DNA of 35,823 bases from Kofleriaceae bacterium (GTDB lineage: Bacteria > Myxococcota_A > Polyangia > Haliangiales > Haliangiaceae). The translations under genes and the position numbers were made by a program. This document shows, piece by piece, positions 1-8,589 of this stretch. The notes below the pieces were generated by a model that was not told where the DNA came from, made no database searches, and saw only the letters and a program-made list of their open reading frames with translations. Each line of letters starts with the position of its first letter. Position 1 is the stretch's first letter. The DNA is taken from the NCBI GenBank assembly GCA_965215005.1, contig CBDCCZ010000028.1, positions 1-35,823 of the forward strand, written 5' to 3'.

Positions 1-78
1 CGTGAGGGTGACGATCGCCAACGCCGCATCGTAGATCGCCAACGCCCACCAAACCAGCAAAGCGCGCCGAATAGCCAC
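1..78 (-). CDS. N-terminus of a probable membrane protein (partial, runs off the window)
   Basis: Reverse strand from GTG at 78 reads VAIRRALLVWWALAIYDAALAIVTLT, open to the window edge. It is basic then hydrophobic and divergent from scoA. Confidence 0.45.
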   Translation of the reverse strand, partial: MAIRRALLVWWALAIYDAALAIVTLT

Positions 79-95
79 GGCACCGCCGCGGTGGT

Positions 96-125
96 TTGAC
101 ACGACCGCAGCGCTACTCCCATGAT
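96..125 (+). promoter_or_regulatory. Putative sigma70 promoter of scoAB
   Basis: Perfect TTGACA (96-101), 18-nt spacer, CATGAT (120-125), ending 8 nt before the ATG at 134. Confidence 0.5.
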
Positions 126-133
126 GCCCGCCG

Positions 134-829
134 ATGGACAAGGTCTACTCAAGCGCCCGCGACGCGCTCGCTGAGATCGGCGACGGCGCGGTGGTCATGT
201 CCGGCGGCTTCGGCTTGTGCGGGAATCCCGAGAACTGCATTCGCGAGCTCGCGCGCCGCGGCGTCAAGGACCTCACGATCATCTCGAACAACTGCGGAAC
301 CACCGACAAGGGCCTCGGCGTGCTCCTCGCCGGGGGCCAGGTCAAGAAGATGATTGCCTCGTACGTTGGCGAGAACAAGATTTTCGAGAAGCTGTTCCTT
401 TCCGGTGAGCTCGAGGTCGAGCTCAACCCGCAGGGGACGCTCGCCGAGCGAATACGCGCCGGCGGCGCCGGCATCGAGGCGTTTTACACGCCGACAGGCT
501 ACGGCACCAAGGTCGCCGAAGGCAAAGAAACCCGGGAAATCGGCGGCCGCATGTGCGTGCTCGAGCACGCGCTGCGCGCCGACGTCGCGATCATCAAAGC
601 GTGGCGCGGCGATCGCTGGGGCAACCTGCAGTTTCGCAAGACCGCGCGCAACTTCAACAGCATGATGGCCACCGCCGCCACGGTCACCGTGGCCGAGGTC
701 GAAGAGCTCGTCGACGTCGGCGAGCTCGACCCCGATCAAATCCACACGCCTTCGATTTACGTGCAGCGCGTGTTCGTGGGCAGCGACTACGAAAAGCCCA
801 TCGAGCAGCGCACGGTGAGGTCGCGATGA
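134..829 (+). CDS. scoA: 3-oxoacid CoA-transferase subunit A
   Basis: Motifs [40 protein letters not shown] and IHTPSIYV. Confidence 0.95.
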   Translation: MDKVYSSARDALAEIGDGAVVMSGGFGLCGNPENCIRELARRGVKDLTIISNNCGTTDKGLGVLLAGGQVKKMIASYVGENKIFEKLFLSGELEVELNPQGTLAERIRAGGAGIEAFYTPTGYGTKVAEGKETREIGGRMCVLEHALRADVAIIKAWRGDRWGNLQFRKTARNFNSMMATAATVTVAEVEELVDVGELDPDQIHTPSIYVQRVFVGSDYEKPIEQRTVRSR

Positions 830-1488
830 TGGCCAAGCTCAGTCGAGAACAGATCGCCCAGCGCGCCGCGCGCGAGCTCCGCGACGGCTTTTACGTCAAC
901 CTCGGCATCGGCATGCCGACGCTGGTTCCCAACTACGTCCCGGCAGGCGTGCAGGTGGTCTTGCAGTCGGAGAACGGCATGCTCGGCATCGGTCCGTTTC
1001 CCTACGAAGGCGATGAGGACCCCGATCTCATCAACGCTGGCAAGCAAACCGTAACCGCGCTGCCGGGAACCGTGTTCTTCGACTCTGCGGAGAGCTTCGC
1101 GATGATTCGCGGCGGCCACATCGATATGGCGATCCTGGGAGCGATGCAGGTGTCGGCGCGCGGCGATTTGGCCAACTGGATGATTCCGGGCAAGATGATC
1201 AAAGGCATGGGCGGTGCGATGGATCTCGTCGCCGGCGCCCGCAGGGTCATCGTGATGATGGACCACGTTGCTCGCTCCGGTGAGCCGAAGATTCTGAGCG
1301 ACTGCAACCTGCCACTGACCGGCGTGGGCTGCGTGGATCGCATCATCACCGACATGGCGGTGCTCGATGTGACCGCCGAAGGACTCGTGTTGCGCGAGGT
1401 AGCGCCAGGAATCGAGCCTGCCGAGGTGCAGGCGGCGACCGAGCCGCGCCTGGTGGTGGCATCCGATCTGCGCGTCATGCTCGGCTAG
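826..1488 (+). CDS. scoB: 3-oxoacid CoA-transferase subunit B
   Basis: Motifs NLGIGMPT, catalytic SENG, DLINAGK and [12 protein letters not shown] at 826 overlaps the scoA stop (ATGA); the ORF-track start at 553 is too far upstream. Confidence 0.95.
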   Translation: MMAKLSREQIAQRAARELRDGFYVNLGIGMPTLVPNYVPAGVQVVLQSENGMLGIGPFPYEGDEDPDLINAGKQTVTALPGTVFFDSAESFAMIRGGHIDMAILGAMQVSARGDLANWMIPGKMIKGMGGAMDLVAGARRVIVMMDHVARSGEPKILSDCNLPLTGVGCVDRIITDMAVLDVTAEGLVLREVAPGIEPAEVQAATEPRLVVASDLRVMLG

Positions 1489-1607
1489 CGTGCCCGGCTT
1501 CGCCTTTGCGGCGGCGGAGCGATTGCTACCGGGACAGAGTCTGCGGGTCAGAGTCCAGAAATACGGCGGCACCGGCCTACCATGCCGTCAGCTTCGTCCG
1601 TAGAACC

Positions 1608-1637
1608 TTGATTTCCCTAGGAAACGCCGCTTAGACT
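1608..1637 (+). promoter_or_regulatory. Putative sigma70 promoter of the IHF/HU gene
   Basis: TTGATT (1608-1613), 18-nt spacer, TAGACT (1632-1637), followed by a GGGGAG RBS before the ATG at 1663. Confidence 0.5.
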
Positions 1638-1662
1638 CGAGCACGTAGCAGGGGGAGCCCTC

Positions 1663-2010
1663 ATGGCGGTGACCAAAAGCGACCTCGTTGAGCAGCTATC
1701 CGAACAGTTGAAGCTGCCCAAGGGGAAAGCCGAAGCAGTCGTGAACATCATGTTCGACTGCATGATCTCGGCACTACAACAAGAAGAGCGCATCGAGATT
1801 CGCGGCTTTGGCAGCTTCGAGGTGCGACACTACAAAGCCTACGAAGGGCGCAATCCGCGCACCGGCGATGCCGTGCACGTTGCGCCCAAGAAGCTGCCGT
1901 TCTTCAAGGTGGGCAAAGAGCTGCGCGAACGCGTCAACGGCGGCACCGGTCCGATCGAAGACGGCGATGACGACGGCGACGACGAGGACTCCGCCGACAG
2001 CGCGGCGTAA
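1663..2010 (+). CDS. ihfB: Integration host factor beta-like / HU-family DNA-binding protein
   Basis: Motifs TKSDL, RIEIRGFGSF, GRNPRTG and PFFKVGKELRERVN; acidic C-terminal tail. Confidence 0.88.
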   Translation: MAVTKSDLVEQLSEQLKLPKGKAEAVVNIMFDCMISALQQEERIEIRGFGSFEVRHYKAYEGRNPRTGDAVHVAPKKLPFFKVGKELRERVNGGTGPIEDGDDDGDDEDSADSAA

Positions 2011-2016
2011 GCGCGC

Positions 2017-4408
2017 CTAGAAGAAGACGCGCGCGGTTACCATTGCGTTGAGGGGGCGTCCCGGGGGTGAAGTGGACGTCTTCGCAACCGGCGAAGTTGC
2101 CGTCGTCATCGAGCGCAGCACGCGTCGCTGCAGGACAGGCTTGGGCAGCAGGCGGCGCAGCCGTCGCCGGATCACCCGCGACGCGGGAGGCGGTCGCGAA
2201 CTGCGCCTCACGCCAATCGCTGGCGAGCAGGTTGTCGATCGACACGACGAGCTCCCAGGCGCCCGTGCGATAGCCGGCGCCAACGTCCAGGAGCGTAAAC
2301 CCCTCCGCCTGCAGGAATCCATCTTCGGTGAGCGGACGATCGCTGATGCTGCGCAGCCCGAGGCGACCGAAGAAACCGCGCGGGTGGAGCGCCGATAGCC
2401 CCGCGGTGAGCGTTGCGCGCGGCGCGAGCGGAATCTCATCTTCATCGGCGGGCGCGTCGCGAAATCGCCCCCGCGACACGGTCAGGTCAACGTCGGCAAA
2501 TAGCCACGAGAGGAGCGCCGCGCGCGCCTCGAGGTCAAGCCCCAGCCGGCGCGTCGGACCGCGGGCCTCGGTGACACCTTCATCGCCCACCCAGACGATC
2601 TCGCTGTCGAGATCGAGCAGCCACAGCGAGCCGGCGAGGTCGACTCGCTCGAGCAGCTGCGTGCGGGCCCCCAAATCGTACCCCGTTGCGACTGCCAGCG
2701 GTGTGCCGGGGTTGGGTCGCGAAACCACCGCCCGGGCGTCGTTGGAGTGAAAGCCGCGGCCGGCGTTGAGGTAAATCTCCAACGAGTCTGCCGTTCGGAG
2801 CGGCGTTAGAACCAGCGACGCTTTTGGGCTGGCGATGGCTTTCTCCCGCACCCCCGAGCCGGTGACGCCGTCGGCGTTGAGCTCTTCGAGCACATCGGTG
2901 ACGCGGAAGCCGATGTAGTCCAGGCGTGCGCCGATGACGGTGCGCAGCCAGGAGGTCCAGCGGGTGTCCTCTTGCGCGTAGAGTCCAATCGACGTCTGGT
3001 GGATGGTGGCGTCGACTCGCTTGGCGAAGCGCTCGCGCCGGCTCGTTCGATACAGCGCATTGTCAATGGCGTCGGCGCGCACGGAGCTACCCAAGGTGGT
3101 GTCAAACACCATCCCGGCCCAGCGCCGGCGAAACCGATACCGCGCGGCGGTGCCGGTCACCACGCGATCGTCGATTTGCTCGATTTGATCGCCATTTAGG
3201 GGGTCTTCGAGGAGAAAGGTGAAGTTTGAATACAACGTGAAGCCGTAGCGAATCGCGTACGCCAGCAGCTCGAGCTCGCTCTGCTCATCGGGCTGCACGC
3301 GATATCGCGCGTAGGCGCTGTGGCGCGAGGAGTTGCCGCCTTCGCTCGCATCAAGACTGCCAAAACGCGCCAGTCGCCCTGCCTCGACCTCGCGCAGCGG
3401 CAACTGGCCCGAGCCGTTCCAGCCGCCGCCGTAACTCGTGATGGTCAGTGAAAGGGACGCGCGCGGCGCCTGGTGCGTAGCGCGCGCGAAGGTGTTGTAA
3501 CGCAGATAGCCCTCGCCATTGTCGAAGGGACCGTTGGTGAAGTACGCCTCACCGGCGAGCAGCGATGACCATGACTCGGTGGGCGCGGGGCTCAGGATAC
3601 CCAGCAGTCGGTAGGTGTCGAAGCGGCCAACGGTGAGCGAGAGCGATGAGGAGTCCATGCTTCGATGGGTGAGAAAATCGACCGCGCCAGCGGTGGCAAA
3701 GTCGCCTTCGGCGGCAGCATACGGCCCCTTGACGATGTCGATTCGCTCGACCAGCTCGGGGATTACGAAGTTGAGGTCGGCATAGCCTTGCCCATGGCCG
3801 TGGCTCACCATGTTGACTGGCACACCATCGACGCTCAACGCGATGTCGGTACCGTGGTCGGCATCAAAACCGCGCAGGAAATACTGATTGGCCTTGCCGC
3901 CACCGGAGTGCTGATTGACGAACATTCCCGGCACCACGCGCAAGATGTCGGCGGGGCGCGGGTGGGGCCGCAGCAAGAAGTCGCGGTCGCGAACGCTCTG
4001 CGAGGCGACCGGCACATACGGCGCCTCGCCCTCCAGCGAGATGACCTCTCCCGCGAGCTCTTCGTCTTGCAGCGGTGGTATCGCCATCGCCGCTGCGGTT
4101 TCCGGCGGCGGGGCTGGCTCGATAGCTAGTACGCCGCCGCGGGCTTGATGACGCAGAAATCCGCCGCCCCGATGCGGGGCAAGGGCGGCCGATTTCTGCT
4201 GCTCAGGCGCCCCCTTCGGCGTCTCCCCAAGCGATTGTTGTTTTTCTAGCGGTTCACGACTTCCGCCGTGAACCGCTAGCGGCGAAGGTGGCAGCGAGGC
4301 AGCGGGAGGCTCTAGAGGCACGGCGGCCGGTGCCGGCTCCGCGCGCACGAATCGACAATTAACAGCGATGGCCAGCACCGCGGCGCTGACGGAACAGAGG
4401 GCATGCAT
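2017..4408 (-). CDS. TonB-dependent outer membrane receptor (His-rich plug), frameshifted near the C-terminus
   Basis: Signal peptide from ATG 4408 (GAGGAAG RBS; GTG 4423 is an alternative). Plug motifs NQHSGGGKANQYFLRGFDADHGTD, SHGHGQGYADL and ERIDIVKGPY, then a beta-barrel. The expected terminal strand LNAMVTARVFF* lies in another frame and ends at 2017. Confidence 0.9.
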
Positions 4409-4415
4409 CGAGTTC

Positions 4416-4521
4416 TTCCTCACTGCACCGGCGCGCGGAGGAACGTGCTATCGCGCCTCATCGCCGCGATGAGCGGTTCTATGGGCGCGCGCGTTCCTCG
4501 CGCAGGCAATCGCGCCGGCGC
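4416..4521 (-). promoter_or_regulatory. Structured 5' leader with alternative stem-loops next to the receptor RBS
   Basis: Nested inverted repeats 4425-4435/4511-4521, 4438-4448/4489-4499 and 4457-4463/4467-4473. The TTCCTC arm can instead pair with the RBS GAGGAA (4421-4416). Confidence 0.55.
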
Positions 4522-4661
4522 GTTGCTAACGGTTGATGCCCGAGTCTCGGCCCGGGTCGTAGTTCTAGGTTCTAGGCGCAAACGCTCGTCGGGGCGGCAG
4601 CGCGCACGTTGTGCACCCGCCTCGCTCACTCGCACGAGCTCTGACTTTCGCTATTGCGATT

Positions 4662-5252
4662 TCAAACAGGCGGCCCACGCACCCGAACGGTGGCAATCCG
4701 TTGCGACGCGGGATATGCAGCGGGTCCGCGTGGCTCGAGCACGAGCTCGAGGCACGCGACGCCTCGGGGCAGCGGCGGCGATACCGGAGCCAATAGCGCC
4801 AAGCCGTAGTGGGCAAGGCTGCCGCTGCCATGGAGCGGATCGCCGGGCGACGGATCGCCATCGGCAGGCTTGGGCTCATGTCGATGCCGGTGAGGCAACG
4901 GGTCGTGGCCAACCGGCAGTGCGGCGGCGTGACGATGCCGCGGCTGTCCCTCACGATGCGCATGCCAGCTACCGCCGGCGACCAGCTCGCGCTGCGCGGC
5001 GCTTGGAGTGACAGGAACGCGCGCGGCCGGTTTGGTGCGAGGAGCGCTTGCCTCGATGCGCGGCGAGCCAAAGGAGCCGCGGCGGTCGGCGCGCAGCGTA
5101 GTAACCGAACGTATGCCGTGCTCGTGCGCTGGCAGCCGCGCATGGGTGGCTAGGTGCAACGCCGGCCCGAATTCGAGCCCCAGCACCCACACCAAGACGC
5201 ACCAGCGCGCTAGTCGCTGCCTACGCCTCCGTGTTCGCTGCGCGCCGCTCAC
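4662..5252 (-). CDS. His-rich exported leader protein with C-terminal RGPP (DUF2946/CruR-like arrest peptide candidate)
   Basis: Basic N-terminus plus hydrophobic segment, 14 His, Pro-rich distal part, ends VRVRGPPV*. It lies directly upstream of and co-oriented with the TonB receptor. Confidence 0.75.
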   Translation of the reverse strand: MSGAQRTRRRRQRLARWCVLVWVLGLEFGPALHLATHARLPAHEHGIRSVTTLRADRRGSFGSPRIEASAPRTKPAARVPVTPSAAQRELVAGGSWHAHREGQPRHRHAAALPVGHDPLPHRHRHEPKPADGDPSPGDPLHGSGSLAHYGLALLAPVSPPLPRGVACLELVLEPRGPAAYPASQRIATVRVRGPPV

Positions 5253-5354
5253 GTCCCCCAGCCACTATCACCGCGACGCCGCTCGCTGCCTAGAGCCAGC
5301 GCCCACGATTGTGCAACGCGCGCTCGTCGCTACGCCGCCGCGCTCGTCGCGTTA

Positions 5355-6050
5355 TCAGAGGCTCGCGGTCGCAGCAATTCGCACCGCAACCTGCAACCGC
5401 CCGCTTGGTAGCGCATCACCAGCGGTGAGCTCGAGGTTGGCGCCGACGAGGAGATTGAACGGGGTGGAAGCGTCCGTGAGCACCTCGGCGAGGTATGCAC
5501 GGGCCTCTCCATCGAGATCGAGCTCAGTGCTCGGTTGCCGAGTGCCGGCAGCAATCGACGGAATCGTACCGATGAGGCGCGCTTGCGGATCGCTGGGGCT
5601 CATCACCGTGGCGGGCGCGACGTAGACCATCAATGGCGGGCTAGCTACGCTGAGCGAGTTGTCGCTGATCTCGTAGCTAGCGACGTGGACGGTAACCGCG
5701 ACCACCGGGTCGAGGTTGGCCAGCTCGGGATGCTCGGCGAGCAAATCGACCTCGGTGGACAGCGCGATGCGCAGCGAGGCGCTGCAGTACATGCCGTCGC
5801 AGGTGCCTTCACACAGCTCCGAGCCGCATTGCGAAGCGATGACGTCGGCGCAAACGGTGGGCTGCTCATCGCACCGCACCTCGCGCAAGCTCGGCTCGGG
5901 CTGCAGCTCCCACTGCGCCGCATCGATGGTGAAGGTCTTGTCGGGAATCGATAAATCGACGACGGTGAGATCGCTGCTAATGAGGCCGCAGCCACCCACC
6001 GCGCACGAGGCGACGACGGCCCCCGCCGTGCGAATGGCCAATTGAAACAT
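5355..6050 (-). CDS. Hypothetical lipoprotein with Cys-rich insert
   Basis: GGAGG RBS, signal ending GGC-GLIS, six-Cys segment CDEQPTVC...CGSELCEGTCDGMYC. Confidence 0.75.
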   Translation of the reverse strand: MFQLAIRTAGAVVASCAVGGCGLISSDLTVVDLSIPDKTFTIDAAQWELQPEPSLREVRCDEQPTVCADVIASQCGSELCEGTCDGMYCSASLRIALSTEVDLLAEHPELANLDPVVAVTVHVASYEISDNSLSVASPPLMVYVAPATVMSPSDPQARLIGTIPSIAAGTRQPSTELDLDGEARAYLAEVLTDASTPFNLLVGANLELTAGDALPSGRLQVAVRIAATASL

Positions 6051-6148
6051 GTAAGCTAGCCTCCTACAACTTCACGAATAAGCGAGCTTTCAAGGTAGCA
6101 CGCCTCGCTCGCTAGGCGCTGCGCGAACCCCCGCGGCCCAGCGAGCAA

Positions 6149-6176
6149 GCCAGTCGGAAAGACAACCGACCCTGGC
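6149..6176 (-). terminator. Possible terminator or stabilising hairpin after the acyl-CoA operon
   Basis: GCCAG-GG-TCGG...CCGA-CTGGC stem about 30 nt past the stop at 6206; only a weak U tract. Confidence 0.35.
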
Positions 6177-6205
6177 AAGCAAGTAGTACGGCCGCTACGG
6201 CACCG

Positions 6206-7441
6206 CTACGGCGACGGCGGCTTGAAGCGCTGCTCGGGTCCGGCCGGCGTATAAAACTGCAGCGCCATCACGCCACTGGAGCCGGCGGTGAAGCTGTGCT
6301 CGATTCCCGCGGGAATCTGAATGGCCATGTCGGCCGTCACCGGATAGGCCTCGCCGTCGATGGTCATGGTGCCGCCGCCTTCGCGCACGAAGAGCAGCTC
6401 CGTCGATGGGTGGGTGTGCGGCGCGATCGCCATGTCGGCAATCGCTTGCAGCTGTCCCGCCGCGATCCGGTCATCGCCAGCACTGGCAGCGTCGAAGAAC
6501 TGGCGCACGGAAGCTTGGCCACCCGCCAGCGGATACACCGGCGCCTTGGCGTGCGTGATCACCATGGGACCGCCGACTCCCTCGCGAGCCAGTTTTCTGG
6601 CTTGCTCCACGCTGACCTCCGTGGTGCCGCGGGCTTCCTTGGGGTCTTCGTAGCGCTGCTCGGGCCCGCCGGGCGCATACACCTGCACCGCCGTCACAGG
6701 GCCCTTCGTGACCTCGAAGCCGGCAGCCACGCCGGCGGCGATGTAGATCGCGTCGCCGGCGCTCACCTTGCGGCCCGCTCGCTTGCCGCGCGCGCCGTAC
6801 ACCACGCCGCTGCCGCTTTCCAGATACCAAACCGTGGCCGCATCGTGCAGCTGCAGCGGCACCACCGCCTTGGGAGCCAAGGTGAGAACGCTGAGCGAGG
6901 CGGCCTGATTGCCGGTGCTCTTGGCATCGAGCAGCACTTGCACGCGCACCGAGCCTTCGCCGTGCACGGGGACGTAGTCGCGGTGCACGGTGAATTGCGC
7001 CGTCGCCGGCGCGAACGCAAACGGCAGCTCGATGCCGATCCCCGGCTCCCAAACCGCCGGCCATTCGTAGTTCTGATACAGCTCGACCAGACATTGGCCA
7101 AGCGCTGGCTCATTGGTCTGATCCGACAGCACCGCCACCTGCCCCGCGGCCGTGGCGCTGGCGAACTCGATCGCTAGCACCACGGTGCCGCTGACTCGAT
7201 AGTTGTTCGCCGCGGCGCGCTCCCAACAGCGGTGCTGCGCCGCCTGATTGTCGTTGACTGCCTTTTCGATGGCAGCGATACGCAGCGCATCCAGCGTCGG
7301 CTCCTGCGACTGCTCGGGCTGCTCGGGCTGCTCAGGCGCAGCGGCTGCGGGCGCTTCTGGCGGCGCCGCGGGCGCGGGCTCTTGCGACCCTCCACAAGCG
7401 GCGAACGTCAGCGCCACCCACGCCGCTCGCCCAAGCATCAT
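6206..7441 (-). CDS. Lipoprotein: AgmX/PglI C-terminal-like domain fused to two cupin domains
   Basis: Lipobox FAAC; HRCWE...GTVVLAIEF...GQCLVE...IELPFAF; two cupin repeats each ending YxPxGPEQR (second has HTH...E...H). ATGA overlap with the upstream gene. Confidence 0.8.
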   Translation of the reverse strand: MMLGRAAWVALTFAACGGSQEPAPAAPPEAPAAAAPEQPEQPEQSQEPTLDALRIAAIEKAVNDNQAAQHRCWERAAANNYRVSGTVVLAIEFASATAAGQVAVLSDQTNEPALGQCLVELYQNYEWPAVWEPGIGIELPFAFAPATAQFTVHRDYVPVHGEGSVRVQVLLDAKSTGNQAASLSVLTLAPKAVVPLQLHDAATVWYLESGSGVVYGARGKRAGRKVSAGDAIYIAAGVAAGFEVTKGPVTAVQVYAPGGPEQRYEDPKEARGTTEVSVEQARKLAREGVGGPMVITHAKAPVYPLAGGQASVRQFFDAASAGDDRIAAGQLQAIADMAIAPHTHPSTELLFVREGGGTMTIDGEAYPVTADMAIQIPAGIEHSFTAGSSGVMALQFYTPAGPEQRFKPPSP

Positions 7442-8586
7442 GCCGCTCCCTTGAGAAGCTCGCGGGCGATCACGATGCGCTGAATCTCGCTGGTGCCTTC
7501 GTAGATGCGGGTCACGCGCACGTCGCGGTAGGCCCGCTCTACTGGATAGTCGTGCGTGTAACCGTAGCCGCCATGGACCTGCAGCGCGATGTCGCAGATG
7601 CGGCCAGCGTGCTCGGTGGCAAACAGCTTCGCCATCGACGCCTCGCGCGTGAAGCGCTTGCCGGATTCCTTGAGCGCAGCGGCGCGCAGCACCATGAGCG
7701 TGGCGGCTTCGAGCCAGGTCGCGGCATCGGCGAGCTGATTGCCGATGCCTTGGTGGCGCAGAATCGGTTGGCCGAACTGCTCACGCTCAGCGGCGTATCG
7801 CACCGCCGCGTCGAGCGCCATCCGTGCGATGCCCACCGCTTGCGAGGCGATGCCGATGCGACCGCCGTCGAGCGCCATCATCGCCAGCTTGAAGCCATCG
7901 CCCACCTGCCCCAGCACCGCGTCATCGCCCACCTCCACGCCCTCGAGCACCAGCTGCACGGTGGTCGAGCCGTGCAGCCCCATCTTGTCCTCGGCGCGCC
8001 CCACGGTGAGCCCCTTGGCACCACCAGCGACCAGGAACGCGGTGATGCCGCGGTGGCCGGCAGCGGCGTCGGTGAGCGCCCACACCACCACCAAGCCCGC
8101 GCGGTCGCCGCTGGTGATCCACTGCTTGGTGCCATCGAGTCGCCAGCCCGAGGAGGTCTTGGTCGCGGTGGTGCGCATCGCTGCCGGATCAGAGCCCGCC
8201 TGCGGCTCCGACAACGCGAAGCTGCCAGCAATGAACTCACCGGCTACCAGTGGCTTGACGAAGCGTTGCTTCTGCGGCTCGCTGCCCATCGCGCAGATGA
8301 GCTCGGCCACCATGTTGTTGACCGACACCGCCACCGACACCGAGGCATCCGCGTACGCTAGTTCTTGCAGCGCCAATGAATAGGCGATAACGCCCGCCTC
8401 GGCGCCACCCCACGCCTCCGGCACGTTGACGCCAAATAGCCCGAGCGCCGCGAGCGCGCGCAGCTCTTCTTCGGGGAAGGTGCCGCGAAGATCGCGCTCC
8501 GCCGCACGCGGCACCAGCACCTTCTGCGCGTAGTCGCGCGCCGTCCGCTGGACCATCTTCTGCTCATCGGTGAGCTCGAGCTGCAT
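7438..8586 (-). CDS. Acyl-CoA dehydrogenase
   Basis: Motifs FALSEPQAGSD, GTKQWIT, KMGLHGS, LDGGRIGIA, QVHGGYGY and IYEGTSEIQR. Confidence 0.95.
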   Translation of the reverse strand: MQLELTDEQKMVQRTARDYAQKVLVPRAAERDLRGTFPEEELRALAALGLFGVNVPEAWGGAEAGVIAYSLALQELAYADASVSVAVSVNNMVAELICAMGSEPQKQRFVKPLVAGEFIAGSFALSEPQAGSDPAAMRTTATKTSSGWRLDGTKQWITSGDRAGLVVVWALTDAAAGHRGITAFLVAGGAKGLTVGRAEDKMGLHGSTTVQLVLEGVEVGDDAVLGQVGDGFKLAMMALDGGRIGIASQAVGIARMALDAAVRYAAEREQFGQPILRHQGIGNQLADAATWLEAATLMVLRAAALKESGKRFTREASMAKLFATEHAGRICDIALQVHGGYGYTHDYPVERAYRDVRVTRIYEGTSEIQRIVIARELLKGAA

Positions 8587-8589
8587 CGT

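Noticed and set aside
553..825. N-terminal extension of scoB in the ORF track
   Set aside because: It overlaps scoA and is Arg-rich junk; the real start is the ATGA-coupled ATG at 826.
1934..2016. TonB receptor C-terminal extension overlapping ihfB
   Set aside because: It is a product of the frameshift at about 2052-2056; the true end is 2017.
7310..7337. 9-bp tandem repeat
   Set aside because: An in-frame PEQ linker; not CRISPR or phase variation.
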